Shown here piece by piece: positions 28,085-36,495 of a stretch of 50,052 bases of DNA. The stretch's first letter is position 1; each line of letters opens with the position of its first letter. Source of the stretch: Lentisphaeria bacterium (GTDB lineage: Bacteria > Verrucomicrobiota > Lentisphaeria > Victivallales > Victivallaceae); contig JAFVPG010000384.1 in NCBI GenBank assembly GCA_017505415.1, forward strand, positions 1 through 50,052, read 5' to 3'. Under the pieces are notes generated by a model. The model saw only the letters and a program-made list of their open reading frames with translations. It made no database searches and was not told where the DNA came from. Position numbers and translations under genes: made by a program.

Positions 28085-28915
28085 TCATTGACAGACGACC
28101 CTGCCTTCAAAACTCAAATTGTAAATGTTTACGGAATCATTAAGAACATGTGAACGTATCAAAGCAGTCCGCAAAGCTTTCAAACGTAAATCCGCCCCCT
28201 CCAGGCTGTTCGGCATGATCGCCTGACGCATGCGCCCTTTGGCGTAACGGACATAAAATTTCAGAAATTCACGATCACTGACATCAACTGCAACTACTTC
28301 AATATCAGAATAATAGCGCAAAACCATAAGCAGCATCTGCATGGCATTTGTAAATTCTGGCATCTGCTTGTTTACAGAAAATTTGCTCCTCCGGCTTATC
28401 CCGGTAATTATCGGCAGATTCTGAGAGGCGGTCATACAATATTTTTTCAACAGTATAATTCCTTCTTCATCAACGAGATAAGCGTTGTGATATGCAATCC
28501 TGGCACGGGGAACACGTTCAACAAAATCAAGCTGCAGAGTATCCGGCAGAATTCGTCTGACTTCACAATATTTGACTCCCGGCAAAAGGAGAGCCTTGTT
28601 TTTCAGCATATTCAAATCAAGCTTAAAAATATTATCCCCGCTCAATTTCAGCTTGAGAAATTTACTTACCTCCCTGTCACGCTTATTCCAGAAACCATTG
28701 CTTACGACTTCAACATTGCGCAGGACATAATTGCTGTTTTCAGTGCAAATTGCTTTATATAAATAAATTGCACCAAAGATCAGCCCGCAAAGAACCGCTC
28801 CGAAAACAACAAAAATGAGAGCGATTTTCAAAATCAGCTTTTTTTCCGGAGACATCGGCTCACGTTTTTTCGGATTTTCAACTTTTTTTACGTTTTTTTT
28901 ATCAGTTTTTTTCAT
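28085..28915 (-). CDS. ftsQ: Cell division protein FtsQ (POTRA domain)
   Basis: 276 aa. Basic N-terminal tail, one TM helix (IALIFVVFGAVLCGLIFGAIYLY), then a POTRA-like block VEVVSNG...LPGVKYCEVRRILPDTLQLDFVERVPRARI. No SD at the annotated ATG, so the start is uncertain. Confidence 0.75.
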   Translation of the reverse strand: MKKTDKKNVKKVENPKKREPMSPEKKLILKIALIFVVFGAVLCGLIFGAIYLYKAICTENSNYVLRNVEVVSNGFWNKRDREVSKFLKLKLSGDNIFKLDLNMLKNKALLLPGVKYCEVRRILPDTLQLDFVERVPRARIAYHNAYLVDEEGIILLKKYCMTASQNLPIITGISRRSKFSVNKQMPEFTNAMQMLLMVLRYYSDIEVVAVDVSDREFLKFYVRYAKGRMRQAIMPNSLEGADLRLKALRTALIRSHVLNDSVNIYNLSFEGRVVCQ

Positions 28916-29010
28916 AATAACAATAAATATAACATTAAAACATGATTTTCACCAGTCAAAATGAAAAAAAATTTTGAAAAAAATGAAAAACATGGTAAAT
29001 TATATGCCAA

Positions 29011-29173
29011 AGGTAATTTCAAAAGTAATTCAAAAAAAGATTGAAAAATCAGCGTTGATGAGATTAAAGCGGTAGTTCGAGCGTGGCTATTGAATAAATA
29101 ACCTCCGAAAACACTCCGTTTTAAGATCGCGACGATGAATTTCAAGATTTTTTGAGGACTTTTGAAATTACCT
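29011..29173. repeat. Long imperfect inverted repeat (rod-like hairpin), a candidate structured ncRNA or 5'-UTR element
   Basis: Perfect 16-bp arms aggtaatttcaaaagt (29011-29026) / acttttgaaattacct (29158-29173). Pairing continues inward: tcaaaaaa/ttttttga, ttgaaa/tttcaa, aaagcgg(t)agt/acactccgtttt, and an apical ggctatt-gaata-aataacc. Confidence 0.45.
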
Positions 29174-29224
29174 CGTCAATCAATATTTATCATAACATTT
29201 TAATAACATACAAAGGAACGAAAA

Positions 29225-31162
29225 ATGAGTATATGGCAACAGCCGATTCAGCAAGTTCTCATACTTTCGCTGATTTTGGCGGCGGGCGGTATCATCAGTG
29301 CATTTTTCAACAGCCGTGTAAGAGGCCGCATTTTCGCAGTAATTGCGGGAGCGGTCGGAGCTTATTCGACGCTGTTGATGGTACTTGGTATCCGCGGTCA
29401 GGAATTTTTTGAGTATTCACTTGGCAGTATGAATTTTTCACTTGATCTGGTGGGAAGATTTTTTATTGCTACAGTGGGACTCGGAATATTTTTCTCGGCG
29501 CTTTATAATGCATCATTATCAGGCAATTCGAGAGCGTTCGAGCAGAAAAACCGTTTTTATTACGGGTCTCTCGGCATTTTCGGAGCATCAATGCTTCAAG
29601 TACTGCTGGTCAAAATTGACGGCACTCTCAATTCGGCACTGCTTTTCATGTCTGCCTGGGAAATCATGTCGCTTTTCTCTTTTCTGCTGATAATATGCAG
29701 TGATGAAGTCAAAGGGGTTTCCGGCAAAGGGTTGACTTATCTGCTGGTAATGCACATTTCTGCGGCATTTCTGATGACCGGTTTTATCGCCATCAGCGGC
29801 AATCCATTCGGCGGCGATCTGTATGGATTCTGGGCATTGCTCATCGGCTTCGGCATCAAACTCGGACTTTTCCCGTCCCATTTTTATATGGCAGACAGTT
29901 ACGAAACAGCTCCCGGAGCATCAGCAGGACTCATTTCAGGTGTCATGATAAATATGGCAATTTACGGAATATTGAGAACCTTTCTTGTCTGTGTCAAATA
30001 TGCCGGAATTTTCGGTTATATCCTGCTGATTATCGGCATTGTCAGCGCACTGTGGGGAGTATTAAGCGCACTTGCGGAAAACCGGGCAAAACGGGTCCTT
30101 GCCGGCAGCAGTATGGAAAATATGGGACTTATCATCATCGGAGTCGGAGTCTTCACTATTGCAGAATATGTTTATAATGTTCATACTGCGGCACTTATGG
30201 CATTGGCAGGAGTTTTGATCCACTCTCTCAATCATTCACTTTTCAAAGCACAGCTTTTTTATTCCGTCGACCTGATACGCAACCATACCGGCAGCACAGA
30301 TCTGGACAAACTCGGCGGTCTGGGCAAAACATTTAACAACCTGAAAAGAAGCATGCTGCTCGGCACCCTCGGTATATCATCTCTGCCGCCGCTGAATGGA
30401 TTTATCGGCAAATTTCTGCTGTATGCAAGTTTCTTTGAACTGCTGTTCAATGTTGAATCGTTCAAAGTTGCATTGATCTGCGTTTTCTGTCTGGTCATAC
30501 TCGGTACAGTCGGTGCATTGAGTCTGTTTGTTTTCGTCAAACTCTACTCAATGATATTCCTCGGTGCTGAACGTGAAAAATTCCCCCAAATGCGCAAAGC
30601 TGTTGAAAACCGTCTCAACAGCATAACTTTGAGTGCAATGTCTCTGCTCTCGCTCACCATAGGTGTTGCTCCGATACTTTTCGCATACAACCGCGGAAAA
30701 CTTACAAACGTTCTTTATGAGCTTACACTCAATGCATTCCTTATCATAGGATTTTCTCTGCTGGTCTGGGGCTTCAGACATTTGCTGGTCAAACTCAACG
30801 GTTCCCGCAAATCTCCAACCTGGGGATGCGGTTACAGCAATATCACCTCCAGAATGGAATATACCGCAGATTCATTCAGTTTGCCGCTGATGCGTCTGCT
30901 TGACAAAATCTTTCCCCGCAAAGAAAATAATGAACCCGTAACAGAGCTTTATCCTGCAGACATCACCCGCACTTATGAAGTCAGAAATCCCATAAAAGAA
31001 TCTATCGACTTCATCTGTTCAAAATTCAATGATCTGCTCGGAAAACTTCAGTTCCTGCAATCAGGACTGATGCAGAATTACCTCTGGATAAGCATCATAT
31101 TCCTTGTACTGGCGATCCTTTATGCGATTTTCAGCAGTTCTACGGCAGGAGGTGTCAAATGA
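29225..31162 (+). CDS. HyfB/HycC-like (NuoL-type) antiporter-like membrane subunit
   Basis: 645 aa, polytopic. Motifs AWEIMSLFSF, GFGIKLGLFPSHFYMADSYETAP and HSLFKAQLF. A C-terminal extension carries TWGCGY, typical of HycC/HyfB. Confidence 0.8.
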   Translation: MSIWQQPIQQVLILSLILAAGGIISAFFNSRVRGRIFAVIAGAVGAYSTLLMVLGIRGQEFFEYSLGSMNFSLDLVGRFFIATVGLGIFFSALYNASLSGNSRAFEQKNRFYYGSLGIFGASMLQVLLVKIDGTLNSALLFMSAWEIMSLFSFLLIICSDEVKGVSGKGLTYLLVMHISAAFLMTGFIAISGNPFGGDLYGFWALLIGFGIKLGLFPSHFYMADSYETAPGASAGLISGVMINMAIYGILRTFLVCVKYAGIFGYILLIIGIVSALWGVLSALAENRAKRVLAGSSMENMGLIIIGVGVFTIAEYVYNVHTAALMALAGVLIHSLNHSLFKAQLFYSVDLIRNHTGSTDLDKLGGLGKTFNNLKRSMLLGTLGISSLPPLNGFIGKFLLYASFFELLFNVESFKVALICVFCLVILGTVGALSLFVFVKLYSMIFLGAEREKFPQMRKAVENRLNSITLSAMSLLSLTIGVAPILFAYNRGKLTNVLYELTLNAFLIIGFSLLVWGFRHLLVKLNGSRKSPTWGCGYSNITSRMEYTADSFSLPLMRLLDKIFPRKENNEPVTELYPADITRTYEVRNPIKESIDFICSKFNDLLGKLQFLQSGLMQNYLWISIIFLVLAILYAIFSSSTAGGVK

Positions 31163-32067
31163 AATCAATCATTTTCAATATCGTATTCCTTTTTGTACTT
31201 CCCTATCTGATGTACGGCATAGCTAAAAAAGTCAAAGCATTTTTTGCCCGCCGCAAAGGACCTTCCATCTGGCAGTACGGCTATGATTTGGCAAAACTGC
31301 TCCGCAAAGAAGAAGTTCTGAGTGATTTCTCCTGTCTGCGCAACGGTGGAGTTCTGACTCTGAGCGGAGTACTTGCCGCCGCAATGTTCATTCCGCAAAT
31401 CAGCGGCAGCAGCATTCTCAACCTCGGTTATTATGATTACATCCTGTTTATCTACATGCTGAGTTTCTCCCGCTTTTTTACCATTATTACGGCAATGGAA
31501 TCCGGATGCAGTTTTGAAGGGATGGGCAGTTCCCGTGAACTGATATTCTCTGTCACCGGTGAAATTGCCCTGATGATGACAGTCGCCTCATTGGCATTCT
31601 ACGGCAAAGCAGAAAATTTCAACGGAATTTTCAATGCCATCTCCAACGGCGGAACAGAAGGACTTATCATTGCCATAATCGCCTCATTCATACTGTTTGT
31701 TCTGATGCTTCTGGAAGGCAGCCGCATGCCGATAGATGATCCGGAAACTCACCTCGAACTGACAATGATCCATGAAGCCATGGTGCTTGACCAATCCGGT
31801 CCGCAGCTGGCGTTCATGAGTTTCAGCGGTATGGTAAAAGTTTATCTTTTTGCCTCTTTTATAATCTCTCTGATACTTGCAACATGCAAAACGAGCAGTT
31901 ACTACTGGCTGTTTTTTATACTCGGAATAATAATCATTTCAGTCATTATCGGTCTGATTGAATCTCTTCAGGCAAGATTGAGAATGGTACATGTTCAACA
32001 ATACATACTTTTTTCAGCAGCTATCTCGCTGATACTGCTGCTGAGCGTTATAATCTTCAAGGTGTGA
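31159..32067 (+). CDS. HyfC/HycD-like (NuoH-type) membrane subunit
   Basis: 302 aa. The N-terminal KVKAFFARRKGPSIWQYGYDLAKLLRKE matches the HycD/NuoH signature. 4-nt overlap with the upstream gene. Confidence 0.8.
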   Translation: MKSIIFNIVFLFVLPYLMYGIAKKVKAFFARRKGPSIWQYGYDLAKLLRKEEVLSDFSCLRNGGVLTLSGVLAAAMFIPQISGSSILNLGYYDYILFIYMLSFSRFFTIITAMESGCSFEGMGSSRELIFSVTGEIALMMTVASLAFYGKAENFNGIFNAISNGGTEGLIIAIIASFILFVLMLLEGSRMPIDDPETHLELTMIHEAMVLDQSGPQLAFMSFSGMVKVYLFASFIISLILATCKTSSYYWLFFILGIIIISVIIGLIESLQARLRMVHVQQYILFSAAISLILLLSVIIFKV

Positions 32068-32070
32068 CAA

Positions 32071-32715
32071 ATGGAAATATTTGAATTTATTGTAACATTA
32101 TTGCTTGTGGTGACGCTTCTGCGCATATCCATAAGCGGACGTTTGGAAGTCTATATAAAAATGCTTTCATTGCAGGGGCTTCTGCTTTTTTCTCTGGTAT
32201 TTTTCACTGTATCACATGAAAGCTATGTAACTCTGGCAGTGGCAATTATCGAAACATTGCTGCTGAAAGCGATATTTGTTCCATTTTATCTTAACAAGGT
32301 AATAAAAGAAAACAATATCAAACGTGAAACAGAGCCTTATGTGCCGCATATTTTCTCTCTGCTGATGGTCAGTCTCGGAATCGGACTCAGTCTGGCGGCG
32401 GCATTTTATATGAAGCAGGAAATACCGGAAGTAAAAATCGTACTGCTCGGCAGCGGTATCGCCATGATCCTCTGCGGCATGTTTGTGATTCTGAGCCGCA
32501 AAAAAATCATTACCCACGTTATGGGATACTGTGTGCTTGAAAACGGTATTTTTCTGCTCAGCTTGTCGGCGGCAAAAGAATTGCCGGTAATCGTCAGTCT
32601 CGGAGTCGCACTCGATGCTTTCATTTGGGTATTGCTGGCAGGCTTGCTGGTCAGAGTGATCCGTACCGAACTTAAGAGCCAATCTATTGATGAATTGAAA
32701 GGATTGAAGAATTAA
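32071..32715 (+). CDS. HyfE-like small membrane subunit
   Basis: 214 aa, about 6 TM helices. Size and position match HyfE. Confidence 0.65.
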   Translation: MEIFEFIVTLLLVVTLLRISISGRLEVYIKMLSLQGLLLFSLVFFTVSHESYVTLAVAIIETLLLKAIFVPFYLNKVIKENNIKRETEPYVPHIFSLLMVSLGIGLSLAAAFYMKQEIPEVKIVLLGSGIAMILCGMFVILSRKKIITHVMGYCVLENGIFLLSLSAAKELPVIVSLGVALDAFIWVLLAGLLVRVIRTELKSQSIDELKGLKN

Positions 32716-32716
32716 T

Positions 32717-34114
32717 ATGATTACATTTGGAGGTATGAGTCTTATTTTTGCTGCGTTGGCATGGTTTTTCAAAAAAGCAGAAAGCGGCAGCAGAATATTT
32801 TTTGTTTTTGCATTACTGCATTTACTGTCATCGATCATGCTGATGGTAAATTCTCTGTTTCCGTCATCATGCTGCGCAGCATGGCTGCCGCTGATGCCGC
32901 ACACAAATCCGCTGTGCAGTTATGTTTTGCTGATAGAATCTGTGGTGGTGATGGCAGTTGCATGGTACAATACCGACTTCTTTATGCGTCATGAAGAGAT
33001 CCCCTACCGGCACAAAAGTCCGATATATCATGCTTCGATCATCGGTTTCATCGGAGCAATGGATTTTGCGATATTATCAGACAATCTCGGAATGGTCTGG
33101 GTTTTCATTGAACTTTCAACTCTGCTGAGTGCGCTGCTTATCGCACACCACAACTCGGCACATTCTCTGGAGGCGACATGGAAATATGTATTCATCTGCT
33201 CTGTCGGTATCGCCTTTGCATTTGCAGGTATAGTATTTCTGCTGATAGCCACTGACGGCAATCTTGACCTCACAACAATGCAGCTTGACCGCAATAAACT
33301 TTTCGCTGTCAAAATTGCGCTGCCGTTTCTCATTATCGGATTCGGAACCAAAGCCGGTCTCGCTCCGGTTCACAACTGGCTGCCTGATGCCCACAGCGAA
33401 GCTCCGACACCGGTTTCAGCATTACTCTCTGCCTCACTGCTCAACAGTGCATTACTTCCTATCGTAAGGATTCTGCAGCTGACCGGAGGCACAGGATTGG
33501 AAAATTTTGCTTCTGCAATATTACTGACTATGGGTTTTCTCTCATTGATCGTTGCTGCGATTTTCATTCCGCATGCGTATAACTACAAACGCATGCTGGC
33601 ATATTCATCTGTTGAAAACATGGGGATTCTTGCCATTGCTCTGGGCTTGAACTGCCAAAGCGGCTTCCTTATCCACATGGCGGGACATTCATTTATCAAA
33701 TGCGCCCTGTTTCTGATCGCCGGCAATATTCTGAGCATGTACGGCTCAAAACTCATAAAAGAGGTCAGCGGCATGGTAAGAATCCACAAAGGTCTTGCCT
33801 ATCTTTATCTGGTCGGAATTCTGGCAATCATGGGATTTGTACCATTCATGCTGTTTGTCAGTGAATTTGTAATAATTGCGGCACTTTTCAACAGCAATAA
33901 ATTTTTGTGTGTTCTTTTCATCATATTACTGACATTTGTGATGTACGGGCTCGGCAGAAACATGCTGAAGATGGTACGTGGAAAGTCTTCTCTCTACAAA
34001 TCAGACTACCGTTTCAAAACTGCCGCTATTGCACCGATAGTCATTCTGCTGCTGATTGCGGCGGCATCATTCGGGGCAATGATGTACCGTGGCGTATTTG
34101 AAAATATTTTATAA
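32717..34114 (+). CDS. HyfF-like (NuoN/M-type) antiporter-like membrane subunit
   Basis: 465 aa. VWVFIELSTLLSALLI and the canonical GFGTKAGLAPVHNWLPDAHSEAPTPVSALLSA. Confidence 0.8.
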   Translation: MITFGGMSLIFAALAWFFKKAESGSRIFFVFALLHLLSSIMLMVNSLFPSSCCAAWLPLMPHTNPLCSYVLLIESVVVMAVAWYNTDFFMRHEEIPYRHKSPIYHASIIGFIGAMDFAILSDNLGMVWVFIELSTLLSALLIAHHNSAHSLEATWKYVFICSVGIAFAFAGIVFLLIATDGNLDLTTMQLDRNKLFAVKIALPFLIIGFGTKAGLAPVHNWLPDAHSEAPTPVSALLSASLLNSALLPIVRILQLTGGTGLENFASAILLTMGFLSLIVAAIFIPHAYNYKRMLAYSSVENMGILAIALGLNCQSGFLIHMAGHSFIKCALFLIAGNILSMYGSKLIKEVSGMVRIHKGLAYLYLVGILAIMGFVPFMLFVSEFVIIAALFNSNKFLCVLFIILLTFVMYGLGRNMLKMVRGKSSLYKSDYRFKTAAIAPIVILLLIAAASFGAMMYRGVFENIL

Positions 34115-34132
34115 ACGGATGGAGAGTATATT

Positions 34133-35611
34133 ATGATAGAAGTAAAAAATAATCAATGTATAGATTTAACGGATCTCCACAGTGTGCCGTATGATTATTT
34201 CATGGACACTGCAGTTGCACAGAAATTCCGTTGTATGAATATTGCCGCCCGCAGAAACAAAGAAAATATTGATGCGTTCATCCTGATGACTTCCGCCAGT
34301 TCAACTCTGTATCTGGAATACGTGGAATTCAAACCCGGAAAAGTTTACCCGTCAATCGGAAAAACCGTTCCGTCATGGATCAATTTTGAGCGTGAACTTG
34401 CCGAAAATTTCGGAGTGAAATATGCCGACAATCCGTGGCTCAAGCCAATCCGTTTTCCCAAAGATGCCTGCCATAAACTCTCAATGGCTGAATATCCTTT
34501 CTTCAAGGAAAACGGCAGCGGAGTTCATGAAGTAGCCGTTGGCCCGGTCCATGCAGGTGTGATTGAACCCGGACACTTCCGCTTCATGTGCAGGGGAGAG
34601 AAAATAGATCATCTTGAAATCCAGCTCGGCTATCAGCACCGCGGTATTGAAAATCTCATGTGTCAGGGCAAAATAGCCTCAAAACGTGTGCTTGCTGAAA
34701 GTATTTGCAGTGACAGTGCAGTTATAAATTCATATTTGTATTTCAATATTCTGGAAAACGCTCTCAAAATAACTGTCCCTGAACGTGCGCTTGCAATCAG
34801 AACAATTGCTGTTGAACTTGAAAAAGCCGCATTGCATCTTTCAACATTAAGCGGCATTGCAAATGACATCGGCTATGTGATGGGGGCGGCATTTGCCGGA
34901 GCGACAAGAACTTATATCATCAATTCACTGCAAAGCATCTGCGGCAACCGCTTCGGCAGAGGTCTCATGACTCTCGGCGGAGTCGCTTTTGACATTGATG
35001 ATGAATTAAACAGCAAATTGACTGACACTCTCAATATGGTTTATGATCGTGTATCTCATCTCCGCAACACCATGATGGAATCCCCCGGAGTGCGTTCACG
35101 ATTGGAGCTTACCGGAACTGTAAGCAAAGAAACAGCTGCGGCAACCGGTTTTACCGGAGTTGCCGGACGTGCTTCAGGAGTTGATATTGACGGACGCATT
35201 TTCATGGATAATCCGTTCTATAAACAACAGCCGGAAACAAAATATTCTTTCATCCGCAAAGGGGATGTTTTCTCACGCACATGCCTGCGTATTGATGAAG
35301 CACTGGCTTCATTGAAACTGGTGCTTGACATTCTGAAAAAACTTCCGTCAGGAGCAATCTTGAGTGCAGAATGCGGCAAATTTGCATCAAACATGCTTAT
35401 TCTCTCTATCGGAGAAGGTCCGAGAGGAGAATACATTCACATGGCAGTCACCGGACCCGATGAAAATGTACCGTTTGAATCATACAAGGTGAAAGATCCA
35501 TCTTTCATCAACTGGTTCGCACTTGCATTGAGTGTCCGCAATAATCAGATCAGCGATTTTCCGCTGTGCAACAAAAGTTTTGATCTTTCATATTCGGGGA
35601 ATGACTTATGA
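34133..35611 (+). CDS. HycE/HyfG-like NuoC-NuoD fusion (large-subunit homolog) lacking most [NiFe] ligands
   Basis: 492 aa. NuoC-like N-terminus (FERELAENFG). The NuoD/HycE core is GPVHAGVIEPGHFRF...LGYQHRGIE. The metal-site motifs are degenerate (see finding). Confidence 0.8.
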   Translation: MIEVKNNQCIDLTDLHSVPYDYFMDTAVAQKFRCMNIAARRNKENIDAFILMTSASSTLYLEYVEFKPGKVYPSIGKTVPSWINFERELAENFGVKYADNPWLKPIRFPKDACHKLSMAEYPFFKENGSGVHEVAVGPVHAGVIEPGHFRFMCRGEKIDHLEIQLGYQHRGIENLMCQGKIASKRVLAESICSDSAVINSYLYFNILENALKITVPERALAIRTIAVELEKAALHLSTLSGIANDIGYVMGAAFAGATRTYIINSLQSICGNRFGRGLMTLGGVAFDIDDELNSKLTDTLNMVYDRVSHLRNTMMESPGVRSRLELTGTVSKETAAATGFTGVAGRASGVDIDGRIFMDNPFYKQQPETKYSFIRKGDVFSRTCLRIDEALASLKLVLDILKKLPSGAILSAECGKFASNMLILSIGEGPRGEYIHMAVTGPDENVPFESYKVKDPSFINWFALALSVRNNQISDFPLCNKSFDLSYSGNDL

Positions 35612-36366
35612 TTCAGTCTTTACGTCTTTTTTTCAAGCAGGGCCGTCAGTATATCGGCAATCTTTTTACCGCACAGGTTGACAAGAAATACCGCGGATTT
35701 CCGCAATTCAAACCCAATCTCTGCACCCATTGCAATAAATGTATTTCCAACTGTCCCGTTCAGGCAATTTCTGAAGATTTGACCGTTGACATCGGCAAAT
35801 GCCAATTTTGCGGAGAGTGTATCAAACTCTGTCCTTCCGGAGCGGCAACTTTCACCAACTTCCACCACACAGGAGCAACCGATCGTGAAACCTTGAAAAT
35901 CACTCCCGGCACAACTCCTGAAGAGTATGAGAAAAACGCCATACAAATCCGCAAAGAAATCGTTGCCATGTTCGGACGTTCACTCAAACTTCGCAGTGTT
36001 TCAGCCGGCGGATGCAACGGCTGTGAACTTGAACTCAATGCCACCGGCAATGTAAACTTCGACCTCGGCAGATACGGAATTGATATTGCAGCCAGCCCGC
36101 GCCATGCCGACGGTATAATCATTTCCGGTCCGATAAGTTGCAATATGGCATACGCATTGCAGGCGACATACGATGCAGTTCCCGAACCGAAAATCGTCAT
36201 CCTGCTCGGATCATGTGCGATTTCAGGAGGAGTCTTTGCCAATTCTCCGGAACTTGACCGTGACTTCCTGGAAAAAAATAAAATAGATCTCTATATCCCC
36301 GGTTGTCCTCCGCATCCTCTGACGATTGCTAATGCCATCCTTGCATTTCTCAACCGCAAAAAATAA
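35608..36366 (+). CDS. Fusion of a 2x[4Fe-4S] ferredoxin (HycF-like) with a NuoB/HycG-like small subunit
   Basis: 252 aa. CTHCNKCISNCP and CQFCGECIKLCP are followed by GGCNGCE, GSCAISGG and PGCPPHP (NuoB-type cluster ligands). 4-nt overlap with the upstream gene. Confidence 0.8.
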   Translation: MIQSLRLFFKQGRQYIGNLFTAQVDKKYRGFPQFKPNLCTHCNKCISNCPVQAISEDLTVDIGKCQFCGECIKLCPSGAATFTNFHHTGATDRETLKITPGTTPEEYEKNAIQIRKEIVAMFGRSLKLRSVSAGGCNGCELELNATGNVNFDLGRYGIDIAASPRHADGIIISGPISCNMAYALQATYDAVPEPKIVILLGSCAISGGVFANSPELDRDFLEKNKIDLYIPGCPPHPLTIANAILAFLNRKK

Positions 36367-36416
36367 TATCATACTGCACTTATTCAGCAATATTCAGACT
36401 ATTTTTGTCTTTTTCC

Positions 36417-36445
36417 TTGAAATTTATGCAAACCGGATGTAAATT
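36417..36445 (+). promoter_or_regulatory. Candidate sigma70-type promoter of purA
   Basis: TTGAAA (36417-36422), 17-nt spacer, TAAATT (36440-36445), about 50 nt upstream of the purA ATG. Such matches are easy to find in AT-rich DNA. Confidence 0.3.
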
Positions 36446-36495
36446 ACCTTAAGTGTGCAAAAATTAAAACTTAATTCAACATAAGGAAAAAGAAA

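Noticed and set aside
29071-29083. tRNA-like T-arm string ggtagttcgagcg
   Set aside because: No acceptor stem, anticodon arm or CCA context can be built around it. It is part of the long hairpin instead.
28912-29145. 77-aa ORF in the ftsQ upstream spacer
   Set aside because: Hydrophobic low-complexity translation of AT-rich DNA. It overlaps the long inverted repeat, which explains the region better.
32212-32904. 230-aa minus-strand ORF across the hyfE/hyfF-like genes
   Set aside because: Overlaps two well-supported membrane-subunit genes on the opposite strand, with no supporting signals.
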